A DNA stretch of 64,000 nucleotides from Octopus sinensis (lineage: Eukaryota), in contig NC_042998.1 of the NCBI RefSeq assembly GCF_006345805.1, positions 75,826,001-75,890,000 of the forward strand. The letters are read 5' to 3'. Each line of letters opens with the position of its first letter. Position 1 is the first letter of the stretch. Made by a program: the position numbers and the translations under genes. The notes under the pieces were generated by a model. It saw only the letters and a list, made by a program, of their open reading frames with translations. It ran no database searches and had not been told where the DNA came from. Shown here in pieces: positions 1 to 11,999 of this stretch.

Positions 1-569
1 TGAATTAACAGAGAGTTATTGATTATATTATGTTTTGATACACTAAAGTGATTTAACTATTTCCCACCATAGCTGAAAGGTTTTGATCGATAAAGAACTG
101 CAAAAATAATTAATTCCATTAATTGAAGATGTTGATTAATGACTGGTTGAAAGATAATTTAAATCAGAAATCTTCTAAAAGTGTTTTTTTAATTAATTGT
201 CTCAGTCTAATGTCTCTCTAAGGATAAAATCTAAATTTATAGATAACTTTCTATCCATATTTACAATAAGTTTTAATTTTTCATGCGTAAATTTTTCAAT
301 TTAAAATGGAGGCTTTAAACGTGATTTTTCTATTCGTTCATTGCGTCACCAACTTATTGTCAGACCAAAAGATATATATATCGAAACGCTCCGCCAAACT
401 TTTGGATACAGCTACTGCGTGGAGATCAAGACAGCATGCCTCTTCAGGCTGGAAATAACGGGTATTAAGAGAAGCAAATAAAATAAAATAACGGAAATGA
501 GAATTCAGCCTATGTCACTATCTCCGAGAAAGTGAACTGCAGTGCATGGTGTTTGTACTATATACCTAT

Positions 570-606
570 ATATGTATGTGTATATATATATATATATTAT
601 ATATAT

Positions 607-651
<45 letters not shown>
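570..651. repeat. (TA)n microsatellite
   Basis: Direct reading of the dinucleotide run. Confidence 0.95.
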
Positions 652-655
<4 letters not shown>

Positions 656-893
656 CTTTTAAAGCCTAGTCAGGTCCATGGGTCCGGTTTCCCGGTTTCT
701 ATGGCGTATATGTTCCCCAGCTGGACTGGATGCCAGTCCATCGCAGCGTTACTCATTTTTGCCAGCTGAGTGGACTGGAGCAACGTGAAATGAAGTGTTT
801 TGCTCCAGAACACAACGCGTCGCCCGGTCCAGGAATCGAAACCACAATCTTACGATCATGATGCTGACACCCTAACCACTAAGCCACGAGCCT

Positions 894-897
<4 letters not shown>
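652..897 (-). mobile_element. tRNA-derived SINE, CORE-type (octopus OR2-like)
   Basis: Minus strand starts with a tRNA-like head (gtggcttagtggttaggg = A box; ggtttcgattcc = B box), followed by a CORE-like tgttctggagcaaaacacttcatttcacgttgctccagtccactcagctg. Related copies at 47.3, 51.1 and 58.9 kb. Confidence 0.8.
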
Positions 898-980
<83 letters not shown>

Positions 981-1102
981 GTATGTACGTATGTGTGCAT
1001 GTATTGTATTTCGGGAGGTCATTTTTTTTGCAAAATAAACACACGCACTATATATTCGTTCTTCACTCGTTTATTACTGTTCTTATTCTAACTCATGTCC
1101 AT

Positions 1103-1147
1103 TGTCCGGAAGCCTTTCGTCACACGTTCGTGACCTCTTCAATGACA
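1103..1147 (-). ncRNA. Degenerate minimal type I hammerhead ribozyme
   Basis: Minus strand: ugUCA-UUGAAGA-g-GUCAC(gaacgu)GUGAC-GAAAGGCUUC-cggaca. Carries a C3U change and a weak stem I. Confidence 0.5.
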
Positions 1148-1256
1148 CTTTCCGTCTTCGTGTGTGCTCTTGCTCCGCTTATTCCATTCTGTTCTTCTAT
1201 AATACGTATCCTTCCTTATATGCGCATACGTTCGCTTCCGTATTTGTAAGTGTGTG

Positions 1257-1287
<31 letters not shown>

Positions 1288-1747
1288 CTGTCATTGTTCC
1301 TAGTAGCATAATGACCCTCCCCTTAGCCCCGTCCCCTCCCCTTTGTCGCTGCGGCTGCCCTAGAACCCGACTTTTGGTATTGTCCTATATCTCTCTGTGT
1401 ATGTGTGTTCATCCACGCAGCTGCCATCGTGGTAGTTGTTGTTGTTGTTGTTGTTGCTGCTGCTGCTGTTACCACTGTTGCTGTTGTTGGTCGTGTTCTG
1501 AATGCGGCTGTAGGTGAAGTTACTATTTGTGCGTGTATGTAGCTTCACTTCCTATGTTGTTTCTATCATGCTCTTTATACAGCCTTTTTTCTATCAATAT
1601 TTATTACATTTATTATAGGTATGTGCATATTTATCTATTGTGTGTGTATTGCACTGTATCTATTTTCCCTTCTGTCTTTAGTCGTCATGTTGTGTGGGGT
1701 GGTGTGGTGGTGGGTGTTATTGTTCCATTCATGTTTTCTGTTTAGGC

Positions 1748-2047
1748 TTAGGTCTGTCTATTGTTATTTTTATAGCCTCTGTGATCTAAGTGTCGTATCA
1801 GTTCTATACGTTGATAATACCTTAACATCTGTGCATTTAACCGAGCCTCTATGTTCTGCTTGAGCATGTTGGTAGAGCACTGATAAACCTTTCTCCTTTT
1901 GAGCTCTCGCCAGAGTTCACCTATACATCCCACTATACTGCGTGTTGTCTCTCCAATGTAAGTAGTTGTCATGTTTCTACACCGTCCCTCTGTACATCGT
2001 AAGCAATACACCATATTCCTAACCCTACAGTTAACCTGTGGGTTCAT
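1748..2047 (-). pseudogene. Penelope GIY-YIG endonuclease fragment
   Basis: NMVYCLRC...TTYIGETTR matches the VY-x-C...YIGET-x-R GIY-YIG signature; the downstream part is frameshifted. Confidence 0.75.
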
Positions 2048-2398
2048 CCTACATACAATACAATTGCTCTCCGTATGTGGGGACCTATCGAAGGGATAAG
2101 TTCTACCGATCAGAGATTTTATGGTGGCACCGGGCCTTTCTACTACTTTAATCGTAGATTGGCCTTATCAAATGTTTTTCTAAAAAGGTTCGCCGCCAGG
2201 GATAACATCAACGAACATGACACTCTGGTATTTATTGTTGTTATATCATAAGTTAGCCTTATCTATCCTTTTTCTGGTCCTTTAATGTGTAGTTCCGGGG
2301 TTTACTCCTGTATAGCGGGCAGATCTCCTTAGCATATTTATATAAAGAGAGAGAGAAAGAGACAGTGGGTGGGAGAGTGAGAGAAATACATTTACATA

Positions 2399-3725
2399 CA
2401 AGGGTCGGCTGAAAAGTTCATAGGCTGATCAAGTTATTTTCATAGAATGCGACCAAATAAAGTTTATTTTTCAATATAGTCTCCAAACACTTCTATTATT
2501 GTTGCAGTGCGTGCATTTCATTGATGAAGCTGTCATTGTGTTGGATAAAACAGTCACCAAGAACAGATATGACGTCATCACCACTGCAAAACTCGTTCAC
2601 AGCCAAGTGTTTTGTTTTTTTTTTCCTGTTGGAGAACAGATGATAGCCAGATGAGATCATATCAGGGGAATAGGCAGGCTGATCAACCAGTTCAAATCCG
2701 CAGTCAAGCACAGGAGCCATTGAAAGCAGCGACTTGTATACTGGAGCATTGTCCAGATGAAACAAGACTTCTTTCATCAGTTTTCTTGTGCATTTGGTCT
2801 TGATAGCCTTTTGTAACTGCCTCAGTAAGTTGAAATAGTACATTGATGGTTTCGCCCTTTTGAAGATAGTCAATAAATACAATACCTTTTGTAGACAAAA
2901 ACAAATGAGTCCACCACCGTCCCTGCAGATGAAACGACCTTGAACTTCTTTGGAGCAGGAGAGGAGGGTTGTTTCCACTGCATCGATTGTCTGTGTCTCT
3001 GGCTCAAAGTGATGAACCCAACACTCATCCTTACTTCATGGAAACCAGCTATCTCTACCTCAAACAACGTCAGATCTTCCAGTGACGTGATAAGCGTGGG
3101 GTACTCTTGATGAGATGGCAGAAGATGTGACACCCACTGAGCTGAAACCTTCGTCATACCAAGATCATTGAGCTCGATATTCCCAACTCTCTCATGGAAT
3201 ATACTAATAGGATTGGGTATTGGATTTATTGTCAATCGCCTGTTATCCATCATCATGTGGTGAACACGATCAATGTTTTTTTTCAGTTGTGGTAGTTGCA
3301 GGACGTCTAGACCTCAGGTCAAATTCAAGACTCTCCCTTCTCCTCTTAAAATCAGCTACCCACTTTTGCACTGTTGACAAAACTTGGAGCGCAATCCCCT
3401 AATGTAGCAACCATGACAGCATGAATATCTTGCTGGTCTAACCGTTTTTCTACAGGTACTTGATAACAGCACGATGTCAAATTTTGTCGATTTTCAAAAG
3501 AAGCTGCTACTCTTTACTCTTTTACTTGTTTCAGTCATTTGACTGTGGCCATACTGGAGCACCACCTTTTTAGTCGAGCAAATCGACCCCAGGGCTTATT
3601 CTTTGTAAGCCTAGTACTTATTCTATTGGTCTCTTTTGCCGAACCGCTAAGTTACGGGGGTGTAAACACACCAGCATCGATTGTCAAGCGATGTTGGGAG
3701 GACAAACACAGACACACAAACATAT

Positions 3726-3760
<35 letters not shown>

Positions 3761-4086
3761 CATATATACGACGAGATTCTTTCAGTTTCCGTCTACCAAA
3801 CCACTCACAAGGCTTTGGTCGGCCCGAGGCTATAGTAGAAGTCACTTGCTCAAGGTGCCACGCAGTGGGACCCAGAACCATGTGGTTGGTAAGCAAGTTA
3901 TTTACCTCGCAGACACTCCTGCGCCTACTAATTACTTTTGAAGTTTTCTTTAAACAATGTGGTGTCTGTTTACCTTGAAAGAAACAATGCAGTTATTATT
4001 AAGTGCTGGAATTAAAGCATGCAAAATTTCACAGTTCAAGCGTCACGCCTTCAAAGTCAGTCTAGGAACTTTTCAGCTTATCCTCG
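2399..4086 (-). mobile_element. Full-length decayed mariner (DD34D) transposon with an internal SINE insertion
   Basis: Imperfect TIRs (caagggtcggctgaaaagttcataggctga / tcagtctaggaacttttcagcttatcctcg) flanked by TA. Transposase motifs WVSHLL, QSMQWK, HLDNAP and AYSPDM. About 1.27 kb without the SINE. Confidence 0.9.
3508..3927 (-). mobile_element. tRNA-derived SINE (second family, internal microsatellite, (GAGTAAAA)n tail) nested in the mariner
   Basis: Minus-strand head taggcgcaggagtgtctgcgaggtaa..., CORE-like ggcaccttgagcaagtgacttctac, and the typical tail cagtcaaatgactgaaacaagtaaaagag. Confidence 0.75.
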
Positions 4087-4559
4087 TATATACAAAGAAA
4101 GGGTCTGGTTAGTTGTGTGAATTTGGACAACAAAGAAGAATAAAGATAAATTAATGATTATACAATATAAAGTTTATATTTATATACATTCGATGAGAAG
4201 GCGAGATAATCTCATGAATCAAAGAATTTTTCGCAACTCCTTGCTTCCAAACACCTTCTTTTTCGAAACTTTTTGTCTCCAGATAAAATAGGCCGCCCTG
4301 GTAGCCTGTTTTATCTGGACACAAGAAGAAAACTATGGACAGTGCTTGTACCTCAATAGACGACATGGGCATTTCAGCATGCATATGATATAGACATTTT
4401 ACAAAGGAGTATTAAAGATCTAGGGTAATTTGTATAATTAAAACAGCAATAAGCTAAGAGAAACCAGCGGGTCCAGTAGCTTATACACACACACACACTC
4501 ACACACACACAAACACGCACACACAAACACACACACAAACACATACATACATACATACA

Positions 4560-4626
<67 letters not shown>

Positions 4627-4779
4627 CCAATTAAGGACTGAACACGAAAAGTGGACAGTCAACATGCTAGATATAGACGTCAAATCGTCATTCACCACAA
4701 AAGATTATGTTCTCAGATCAAACTCAACACAAAACCATAGCAATAAACAAGTGAAAAATATACGAAATAAAATAATTAC

Positions 4780-4844
4780 CCATGTACTAAATTAGTTTCA
4801 GCTGTTATTTTCCGCAAGGAAAACTGCAGCCATCATCAGCATGG
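4780..4844 (-). ncRNA. Type I hammerhead ribozyme (intact core)
   Basis: Reverse complement is identical to the motif at 5647-5711. Confidence 0.8.
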
Positions 4845-5142
4845 TCCGTTATAAATGTAATTTGATGGACTAGATGCAAACACGATACCGAAATATCGCG
4901 TGCATGGAGTTCAGCCTATTACATTAGAATATATCTTTCAAATGCCTCTACTTTGGCGCGTTGGAACCCGAGAAAACTAGCCTGCAGCTAATAACTAGCA
5001 GCAGTTAATTTATCGGTTAGAGAACATATTTATTTATATAAAATTAATTAAGGGTAGAAATTGATATTTATCAATTAAGACCAGTGGTCTAGCATATTAA
5101 AAAATAATCCGAAGATTAAAATATTTATATATACCAATTATG

Positions 5143-5204
5143 CCATGATGATGGCTGCAGTTTTCCTTGCGGAAAATAACAGCTGAAACTAATTTAGTAT
5201 ATGG
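5143..5204 (+). ncRNA. Hammerhead copy damaged at the inversion junction (CUG of the core missing)
   Basis: ccaug-augauggcug...GAAACUAAUUUAGUA-uaugg versus the intact ccaug-CUGAUGA. Confidence 0.6.
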
Positions 5205-5646
5205 GTAATTATTTTATTTCGTATATTTTTCACTTGTTTATTGCTATGGTTTTGTGTTGAGTTTGATCTGAGAACATAATCTTTTGTGGTGAATGGCGAT
5301 TTGACGTCTATATCTAGCATGTTGACTGTCCACTTTTCGTGTTCAGTCCTTAATTGGTATATATAAATATTTTAATCTTCGGATTCTTTTTTAATATGCT
5401 AGACCACTGGTCTTAATTGATAAATATCAATTTCTACCCTTAATTAATTTTATATAAATAAATATGTTCTCTAACCGATAAATTAACTGCTGCTAGTTAT
5501 TAGCTGCAGGCTAGTTTTCTCGCGTTCCAACGCGCCAAAGTAGAGGCATTTGAAAGATATATTCTAATGTAATAGGCTGAACTCCATGCCCGCGATATTT
5601 CGGTATCGTGTTTGCATCTAGTCCATCAAATTACATTTATAACGGA

Positions 5647-5711
5647 CCATGCTGATGATGGCTGCAGTTTTCCTTGCGGAAAATAACAGCTGAAACTAAT
5701 TTAGTACATGG
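5647..5711 (+). ncRNA. Type I hammerhead ribozyme (intact core)
   Basis: CCAUG-CUGAUGA-u-GGCUG(cagUUUUCCuugcGGAAAAuaa)CAGCU-GAA-ACUA(auu)UAGU-A/CAUGG. Predicted cut after GUA at 5706/5707. Confidence 0.8.
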
Positions 5712-5949
5712 GTAATTATTTTATTTCGTATATTTTTCACTTGTTTATTGCTATGGTTTTGTGTTGAGTTTGATCTGAGAACATAATCTTTTGTGGTGAA
5801 TGGCGATTTGACGTCTATATCTAGCATGTCGACTGTCCACTTTTCGTGTTCAGTCCTTAATTGGTATATATAAATATTTTAATCTTCGGATTCTTTTTTA
5901 ATATGCTAGACCACTGGTCTTAATTGATAAATATCAATTTCTACCCTTA

Positions 5950-5997
<48 letters not shown>

Positions 5998-7617
5998 AAG
6001 TTGACTAATTTCAAGCTTTTTTACATCTGCTAACCATACTTTCCAAGAGAGAACTGCAGTACAATCAGTACAGTCATTGATTCGTTTCTTTCTAAAACTC
6101 CTCGTGAATGCGCTTTTAGTTTTATCAAAACATCGCCGACGGTCTTCTAGAAATATTTGCATTTTATTATCAATACGCGTGCCCATTCATATAAACTAAT
6201 CAAATATTCTATACGCCTTGCTTTCGGGTAATCTATCAGCTTTTCATTTAATTTTGTTTTTCGATGTATTGCTATTTCAGTATTCTAGGGAAATTACTAT
6301 TCTCTTATAATCTAGTTCATACTACCACAGGGGAAGAAAATGAGATGTATTAGACTAACGGTCTGATAGGATGGGAATCCGATACAAAGGTTATTGGAGA
6401 AACGCTTAGTGTTTGCCTTTATCTCTAATTTTGTTTGCAGTAGCATGATGCATATAAAGTACTGTATTCCTATAGGCAGAAAACTATAAATCCCTTTTAA
6501 ATCCAATAAAAGCAGTTCACACGAGTGTTCACCATTTTACAAGTTGATCAGCAGGTTGTATTGTTGAAAGTCTTCAACTATTATACAATGAAATTGGCTC
6601 AAAGTGCTCCTTTGGGTGTGATATTAACAATATGCTTACATATCTATTGATGAAAATGCACGTTTCATGAGCTTTCAAGTGTATTTGCCAAATTACTCCT
6701 AAACTTCCTTTCTAAGATACCTTCACTTCTTGTTCTCAATAGAAACTCATATAGACGCGTTCCAAGGTCATGCAACCCTCTTATTCATGTTACGTTCATT
6801 TCTCTTTCATTATTTCAAATCTATAGATCTCGGCGCACATTTCTAAGAACATAACGTTTCCTTTTGTTTCTTTTAATTATGCTTCCTATATTCAATATAA
6901 ATTTCTCTTTCATACATTATATTTCATAGTAATATCATTGTGACTATAATGTTTTCAAACACTCATCTCTACTGGCCGTTTTTGTTTTTCAATATTATAT
7001 CTTTTACCCATTAGCACAAGTGAAATTAAATTATTTAATGAAAAACACTGCAAAAAACATGGTTCTATTCTAAGTGGAAGCGTTTTCACTTTTTACAATA
7101 CGTGCAATAATTTTTTTCATTATCACTCCAATTCTAACTTCCTATGAAGCAAATATGGCTAATTTATCTGATTATATGGGATCAACAGCTTGACTTATTG
7201 CTGGTATGTTGGATAGATATTATTTTTTCCATAGTGGGATGGGATGCAGAACCTTGTCAACAATCACAGGTGTAATACATGTGTAAAATATGCAAGCATT
7301 ACATGCTTCCAAATGACACCTTAGACTAATATATTGATTTGAAGTGTCACTGAACATTACTTCTTTAAGAAATATTACGACGAATCCTTCCTTTAGCTTT
7401 CATCATCTCAGATTGTTACGAAAACCTGATTAACATCATGATCCTGTTTAATTCGAGCAGTAGAAAATATTTCAGTTTATCCTAAATAATCTCCCAAAAA
7501 CCTGGAACGAGGCAGTTAACATTCACAGATACATTCATTTAAGTTGCTTCCAAGAAAATATAAACATCTGATAGGCAAGTATTCAATCAACAGCTACTGT
7601 ACTTCCTTTCATGTTAC

Positions 7618-7621
<4 letters not shown>

Positions 7622-7664
<43 letters not shown>

Positions 7665-7693
7665 CGCTCGCTCTCTCTTGCTCTCTCTCTCTC

Positions 7694-7780
<87 letters not shown>
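7622..7780. repeat. (CT)n microsatellite
   Basis: Direct reading. Confidence 0.95.
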
Positions 7781-7783
<3 letters not shown>

Positions 7784-9689
7784 GCTTTCCTACTACCACT
7801 TGTACATTGAGCATTCATCTTTTAAATCTACTAAAATCTCTTCTACCATCTTCTCTGCTGTTTCTCACCTCGGGATACAGAATGAAATACAATAATTAAT
7901 TTTTCTTCTCCAGATCTACAACTGAATGGAATTCTCTTCTTGTCCAGGCGTCTTTTCTAACATAAACAACTTCTGAAATAATCCACTAACAATGGCTAGA
8001 AGACATCTTAAAAGCTAAAGATTGCAATCCGCACTCCCTTTGGATTACATTTATGTTTTACCTGGTACCTTTCTTCTGGATACTTCTAAAAAGTTGTCAC
8101 TAAAAATTAAGTATCTAGATCTTGAAATACAGATTCTTGAAACAATGAATCCCAGAAAAGATTGTATTACTTTTTCCTTATCATACCTAATTATAATGTT
8201 TATATTCATCTAGAATCATGTACGTAATAACTTACACTAAACTTTAAACATTATTATATATTTAAACTAAAATTCCTGGGAAACCCATTCAACTTGAAAA
8301 GAATGATTGATACTGACTAATGTCAACATCTGAATCCATAACCACGCGATTTGACAGAAACAAGTTAATGTTTGAAACTAAGTGTTATCATGAATATTTC
8401 CACAAATTATGATACATGTTACTTCTCATGATACTGAACTTTATACACATTCAATAAATACATGTTTTATCTATTTCTTTTCCATATTCATTTATATTTT
8501 ATTATATTTCTAATCGTGTTGCATAAAACATTTCTTTACAATTCTTAATGCCCTTCATAAAAATATAAAATCGTTTCGCATTGTTTTTCAATTGTGTATT
8601 TCTAGAAGGAAAACAATCTTCTAGCATTGTTATAAAACCATAATTATCGTTTTTATTGCATTTATTTGCAAACATTTTCCTCGAAGAAGCAAAACCAAAC
8701 ATTATTACCTCGAAACAACCTGCTTTCTGCCAAATATTTGATCAATAGCTGAAGCTTCGAAATGGAAATTATAGACATGTTTATAACATGTTCTTCCTTT
8801 TGGTCAATATTCACTTTACTCGTCAGTAAAACCTAAAATATTTACAAAAAACATCATCTCTTAAACAGACTAAATTAAAAATTGCTCAGCACAAATAAAA
8901 CTGTTCCTTTTATATGATAATGAATTATTATACATGCTTCAATGTCATTTTCTCTCCATAAGCTACATCAATAAACAATAAAAGAATTCTCCAACTTAAT
9001 TCAGTTTTACCATAGATTTTATTAATATGAACTAATGTTGTTGACGATAAGGAATGAGAAGGAGAAGCCTGAGACACAAATACAGTATGTGTAAATGTAT
9101 AAACAGGTGTTGATGTGCATGGATCTCCGTCGGTTTCCACGAGGAAAATTCATTTCTACAATAAACTAAATTACCTGCTTATTAAAGTAGAGTGAATGAC
9201 GTGTATACCTTAAAGTAATTCATGTATAATCAGCGTGACAGTAGGTGACAAGGCGTGCTTTTGAATTACGTGTACAATCCATCCGACTGGCTTCAATACT
9301 GTTTCCAGCAATCCAATTTTACTCAGAATATATGAATCGATTAGAAGCTATACGAAGTGGCAACTTTCCAGCGAGATTGAAGTCGAGATTGCAGCGAGAT
9401 TGAAGTCGGGATCGCGTGGTTGGTGAGCAAATTTCTTAATCATTAAACCATGTGTGTGATTGTGCGGGGGAGGCGTGTGCAGATGAATGTGTGTGTGTGT
9501 GTATGTGTGTGTGTGTGTGTGTGCGTGTGTGTGAAATAAACGTTTATTGAAACTGTAACTGGGTTTGTCGCGTGATGAGTTTCATACCACATAAATCTTT
9601 AGGCGAGAACCCAGAGAATTCTGTTCTCACCTGAAGTTTACAGAGGCTTGAAGCTCAAGTCGCGACCACTGAAATAGCTACAATATTAC

Positions 9690-10745
9690 AAGAAAGGAAA
9701 TTCCTCCTCTTCCTCGACAATACTTTCTGGATCAAGGAAAACACCGAATAATCTTTTGACTTGAGCATGAGATCAAAGAACTCGGCAGAAGTAAGCGATA
9801 TTGTCGACCTTTGCATATTAGAACACTTACACGGCAAATTTCCATTTTCTGCCATGGTACACTCGGCTTTGAATCCAGTATCTGCAAATTATACAAGAAG
9901 GACAATGAAAAACCTAATGCACCCATAAACATTCCAATCGCCCCAATGGTATAATTAAAAACTTAGTAAGGAACATTTCTCTTACACTTTCTTCTTCACC
10001 CTCTAATTTAAAAATATTCAACGAGCAACCGCTTAAAATGAAGCTATCAATGATAGCAGATATAAGGAAAAGGTAGAGTAGAATATATGAACAAAACCAC
10101 TCCTTCTATAAATAAAGTGTAAGAATAGAAAAAGGAAAATCATTTGGTTTAAACTCCCCACCACTACTACTGCTTTCAACATGCATATTGTATATCTTCA
10201 CACCAATAGGCAAGTTATTTTTCAAAATACTCCAAAAGCATTTCCACCACCCTAATCACAAACTGATAGGCAAACACACCATAAAACCGTCATGTTCTAC
10301 AACCAATAACTTTGAAAAAACTGTAGCCACCAAAAACTGAAAACTAAAGTCACATACATTACAACAAAAGGAATTGTTGAAAGCCTTCATCTTGTGCTCA
10401 AGAAGGAAAATGTCTCTCAAGAAATATTGTCCATAGCACTAGAGTATCCCTGAATATTACACCTACTACTACATCTACATATATAGAGTCCATAGCAAAC
10501 CAGTTCAAAACGCGATACAACCAACACACTCTTTTTGCAACCCAAACAAGAAAACTGACACCTCTCTGTCCAAAGATATGAGATTAAAACCAAGAATTAC
10601 TCCACTAGGATATATTGTCACACGCACAACCATACAAAGATAACAAACCCCGCCAACTCTGTACCGACGAATTCTATCACCTTCCGACATTCAAGAACCA
10701 AACTCTGAACCGAGACTCTGAATAAGTTTCCTCATATAATCACAA
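9690..10745 (+). mobile_element. Decayed Penelope-like element (RT C-terminal half to GIY-YIG C-terminus)
   Basis: Broken-frame translations FDLSMRSKNSAEVSDIVDLCILEHL, NRKRKIIWF, IGKLFFKILQKHF and YIESIANQFKTRYNQH are typical of Penelope RT thumb and endonuclease. Confidence 0.7.
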
Positions 10746-10759
10746 GATCTTTAAAACTC

Positions 10760-10993
10760 CTATCTCTTTACTACCCACAAGGGGCTAAACACAGAGTGGA
10801 CAAACAAGGACAGACAAACGGATTAAGTCGATTACATGGACCCCAGTGCGTAACTCGTACTTAATTTAACGACCCCGAAAGGATGAAAGGCAAAGTCGAC
10901 CTCGGCGGAATTTATGAACCCAGAACATAACGGCAGACGAAATACCGCTAAGCATTTCGCCCAGCGTGCTAACATTTCTGCCAGCTCGCTCCC
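10760..10993 (-). mobile_element. tRNA-derived SINE with a Meta/Sauria-like central domain (monomer)
   Basis: Head gagctggcagaaatgttagcacgc and central gtcgactttgcctttcatcctttcggggtcg; many copies in the window. Confidence 0.85.
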
Positions 10994-11589
10994 TTTAAAT
11001 CTTTAAAACACCAATAGTTTTTTATAACAGCTAAATATGAAAATACCTCACCATACTTCTTAAATATCTACCTTCTCATTAACTACACCCATAATAATGC
11101 ACATAAATATTGATATTAAAACTCTACACTAAACAAGTCATGCACAAATTATCTATGTGCTTTCATACTTTCAAATCGTTTCCACAAAATTTTCTATCAG
11201 CCTAGCAACTAACTAAACGTTACTACATACTTACATTCTTATATGAACCCTTGAATACGAATCCCCTAAAATACCAAGAAACATGCCTAAATACAAAGGT
11301 CAAAACACTGACAGACAGACAGATAGATATGTATATATATATATATAGTTTTAGTGGGGAAAGAACTAGGTATTTGAGATTCTGAACCTTCCCTCCTATT
11401 ATATCAATCTCCCGCTTATCTATTTCTCTATATAATCCATCCCTTTCTTTCCACCAATCTCAGCACATATCCTACTTTCTCGTTCCACGCTCTACATTTC
11501 TAAAGCACGACAAAGTTTGTTTGAAGCCAACGAATCAAAAGAAGTGACATGTGATTTACCTGTTTGTATAAAGATATTATATATTTATA

Positions 11590-11999
11590 TCTATTTCTTT
11601 ATTGCCCACAGGGTTTAAACATAGAGGGGACACACAAGGACAAAGGAATTAGATCGATAACATTGACCCCAGCGCGTAACTAGTACTTATTTAATCGACC
11701 CCGAAAGGATAAAAGATGAAGTCGACTTCGGCGGAATTTGAACTCAGAACGTAACGGCACACGAATTACCTATTTCTTTATTACCCACAAGGAGCTAAAC
11801 ACAGAGAGGACAAACAAAGACAGACAAACGGATTAAGTCTATTATGTCGACCCCACTGCGTAACTCGTACTTAATTTATCGTCCCCGAAAGGATGAAAGG
11901 CAAAGTCGACCTCGGCGGAATTTGAACTCAGAATGTAACGGCAGACGAATTACTGCTAGGCATTTCGCCCGTGCTAACGATCCTGCCAGCTCGCCGCCC
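11590..11999 (-). mobile_element. Same SINE family, head plus two tandem bodies
   Basis: A ~177 bp body is repeated after aaagaaatag. Confidence 0.85.

Larger units (their letters stand above)
1030..2330 (-). mobile_element. Penelope-like retroelement remnant (GIY-YIG endonuclease region plus 3' pseudo-LTR with HHR motif)
   Basis: GIY-YIG-like ORF at 1748-2047. The segment 1045-1190 is homologous to 53925-54070 and contains an HHR-like motif. Confidence 0.7.
4626..5960. repeat. 507-bp ORF-less unit: one minus-sense copy (4626-5140) joined head-to-head to 1.6 tandem plus-sense copies (5143-5960); each unit carries a hammerhead
   Basis: Periodicity read directly (accaatta at 4626 and 5133; tgatgatggctgcag at 5146 and 5653). 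Only a handful of substitutions between copies. Flanked by (TA)n on both sides. Confidence 0.95.

Noticed and set aside
409-451. Minus-strand cagc-CUGAAGA...cacgcaGUA-gcug hammerhead-like relic
   Set aside because: The GAAA half of the core is absent and stem II does not close; at best a dead relic
542-1548. ORFs rich in YI, HT, CV, SL or ER repeats, here and throughout the window
   Set aside because: They are translations of microsatellites with no protein features
4626-5960. CRISPR-like or viral interpretation of the tandem repeats
   Set aside because: Units are ~500 bp with no unique spacers, no cas genes and no viral ORFs
5990-8800. Possible large decayed transposase region on the minus strand
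   Set aside because: Only short stop-riddled frames; no motif I could assign to a superfamily
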